Below the pieces are notes generated by a model. It had not been told where the DNA came from. It saw only the letters and a program-made list of their open reading frames with translations, and made no database searches. Source: Lingula anatina (Eukaryota; Animalia; Brachiopoda). Taken from it: a stretch of 64,000 nucleotides of DNA. Below, piece after piece: positions 62,820 to 64,000 of the stretch. Position numbers and translations under genes: made by a program. The first letter of the stretch is position 1. Every line of letters begins with the position of its first letter. The stretch covers positions 52,740,788 to 52,804,787 of the forward strand of contig CM120640.1 in NCBI GenBank assembly GCA_051362555.1, given 5' to 3'.

Positions 62820-63717
62820 GATAAAAATACCTATATTACATAATAACAATTACATTGTTCTGTATTGCGGTAGACTTGCTCATTATTATTGACAGGCTAG
62901 TCTTTTTTTAAATGTTTGTTGGATGAAGTGACACACGGTTTTTAGGGAGTGTTCACTTTGAGGATTGAGAAGCCAGGCAAGTTTTTCTAAATCAGATGAC
63001 ATTTGCGGCGGTATCATTTTTATCATTTTTTCTCTTTCATTCACATGCTCATTACATTTAAGTAGGAAATGCACTTCTGTTTCAACATCGTTGCAATGTG
63101 GACAGGGTCTCCAAACTCCCTTATTTCCTCAATATATACCTGAAGTCATTGCCATGATGCTGGAGATAATATGTACACCAAAACAAAAACTAAAAAAAAA
63201 AATTAAGGTCTCCAAACCCTACCCTTGCTTGCCTTAAGAGTTCATCTATTACATATTAACAGTCTGAACAGTACATGTACTATCATTAACTTATCTTTCA
63301 GTCAACACATGAGTTCAAAAGGCTACTATCAAAGTCAGACTTAAAGTGTGATGTGTGCAGCAATCTATTTATCTTGTAACCAACCAGACATACCAGTGGC
63401 ATACACTTAGACAGTAGTAAGAGTGTACATGTAGTTGTATACATTTATGTAGTTGTATGTATTAATGTAGTTTATGTACATGTAGTTGCAGTAGAAGTGT
63501 CTGTCACCACAGTAATGATCAGCTTGGCCTACTGATTAGGAAATAGGGGGCGAAACTGATGGATTTTTGGGGGGTCATTCTGCCATCAAATTATTTATTG
63601 TATTCATGTGGACAAGCTGTATGGGGGTCAGCTCTATGTTATGAAGGTTAGCAGCTAATACTAAGGTCTGCTAGTACAAAAAAGGCAAAAAATGTTCTTT
63701 TAGGACCTGTGAAATCT

Positions 63718-63900
63718 GGGGTTTGCTATGGTGAAGGTCTGTTATTCCAAAGGTTTGCTATTCTGAAAAGGTATATTGAAACAATAGCTATGCTTCACAA
63801 ATTGCATACGTTGCGTAATTGGTATATAATTGTACATAGCTTCTGCGCTTCTTTCGACATGCATTTCAGAAGAATACTGAACCTTCGGAAAAGTAAACCT
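63718..63900. mobile_element. Degenerate MITE relic
   Basis: Repeated GGTTTGCTATTC(C/T)GAA-like units on the left, inverted TTCGGAAAAGTAAACC-like units on the right. Confidence 0.35.
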
Positions 63901-64000
63901 GAATAAAGAAGTGCACCTGCTGCATGGTCTACAGCAAGTGGCAAAACAGTGGACTATTGCCAATGGCCCCATTCAGAATGGATGATCCGAGTACTTACTG

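Overview
AT-rich, CpG-depleted animal genomic DNA (invertebrate bilaterian, probably lophotrochozoan; this is inference from repeat types and gene-body CpG loss). Most of the window is one minus-strand laminin alpha-1/2-type gene (wing blister/LAM-3 class). I reconstructed 60 GT-AG exons by hand from 54460 down to the stop at 4087. They give 9243 nt in frame (about 3080 aa), with the order LN(part)-LE-L4a-LE-L4b-LE-coiled coil-LG1-5; the 5' exons lie outside the window. The last two exons of a convergent AKAP7-like 2H-phosphoesterase gene are at the left edge. Introns carry two families of Helentron-associated (HINE-like) elements, one with 146-bp satellite arrays containing perfect nuclear-receptor DR1 sites. 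There are also nested MITEs, an internally deleted Harbinger transposon and a 3-kb TA-flanked TIR element. Top finding: intronic sequence directly upstream of the exon after L4a encodes an in-frame Met-initiated signal peptide within a CpG-retaining, TATA/GATA/Fox-bearing region. This suggests an internal promoter making a headless laminin alpha-1/2 chain, analogous to vertebrate alpha3A/alpha4.
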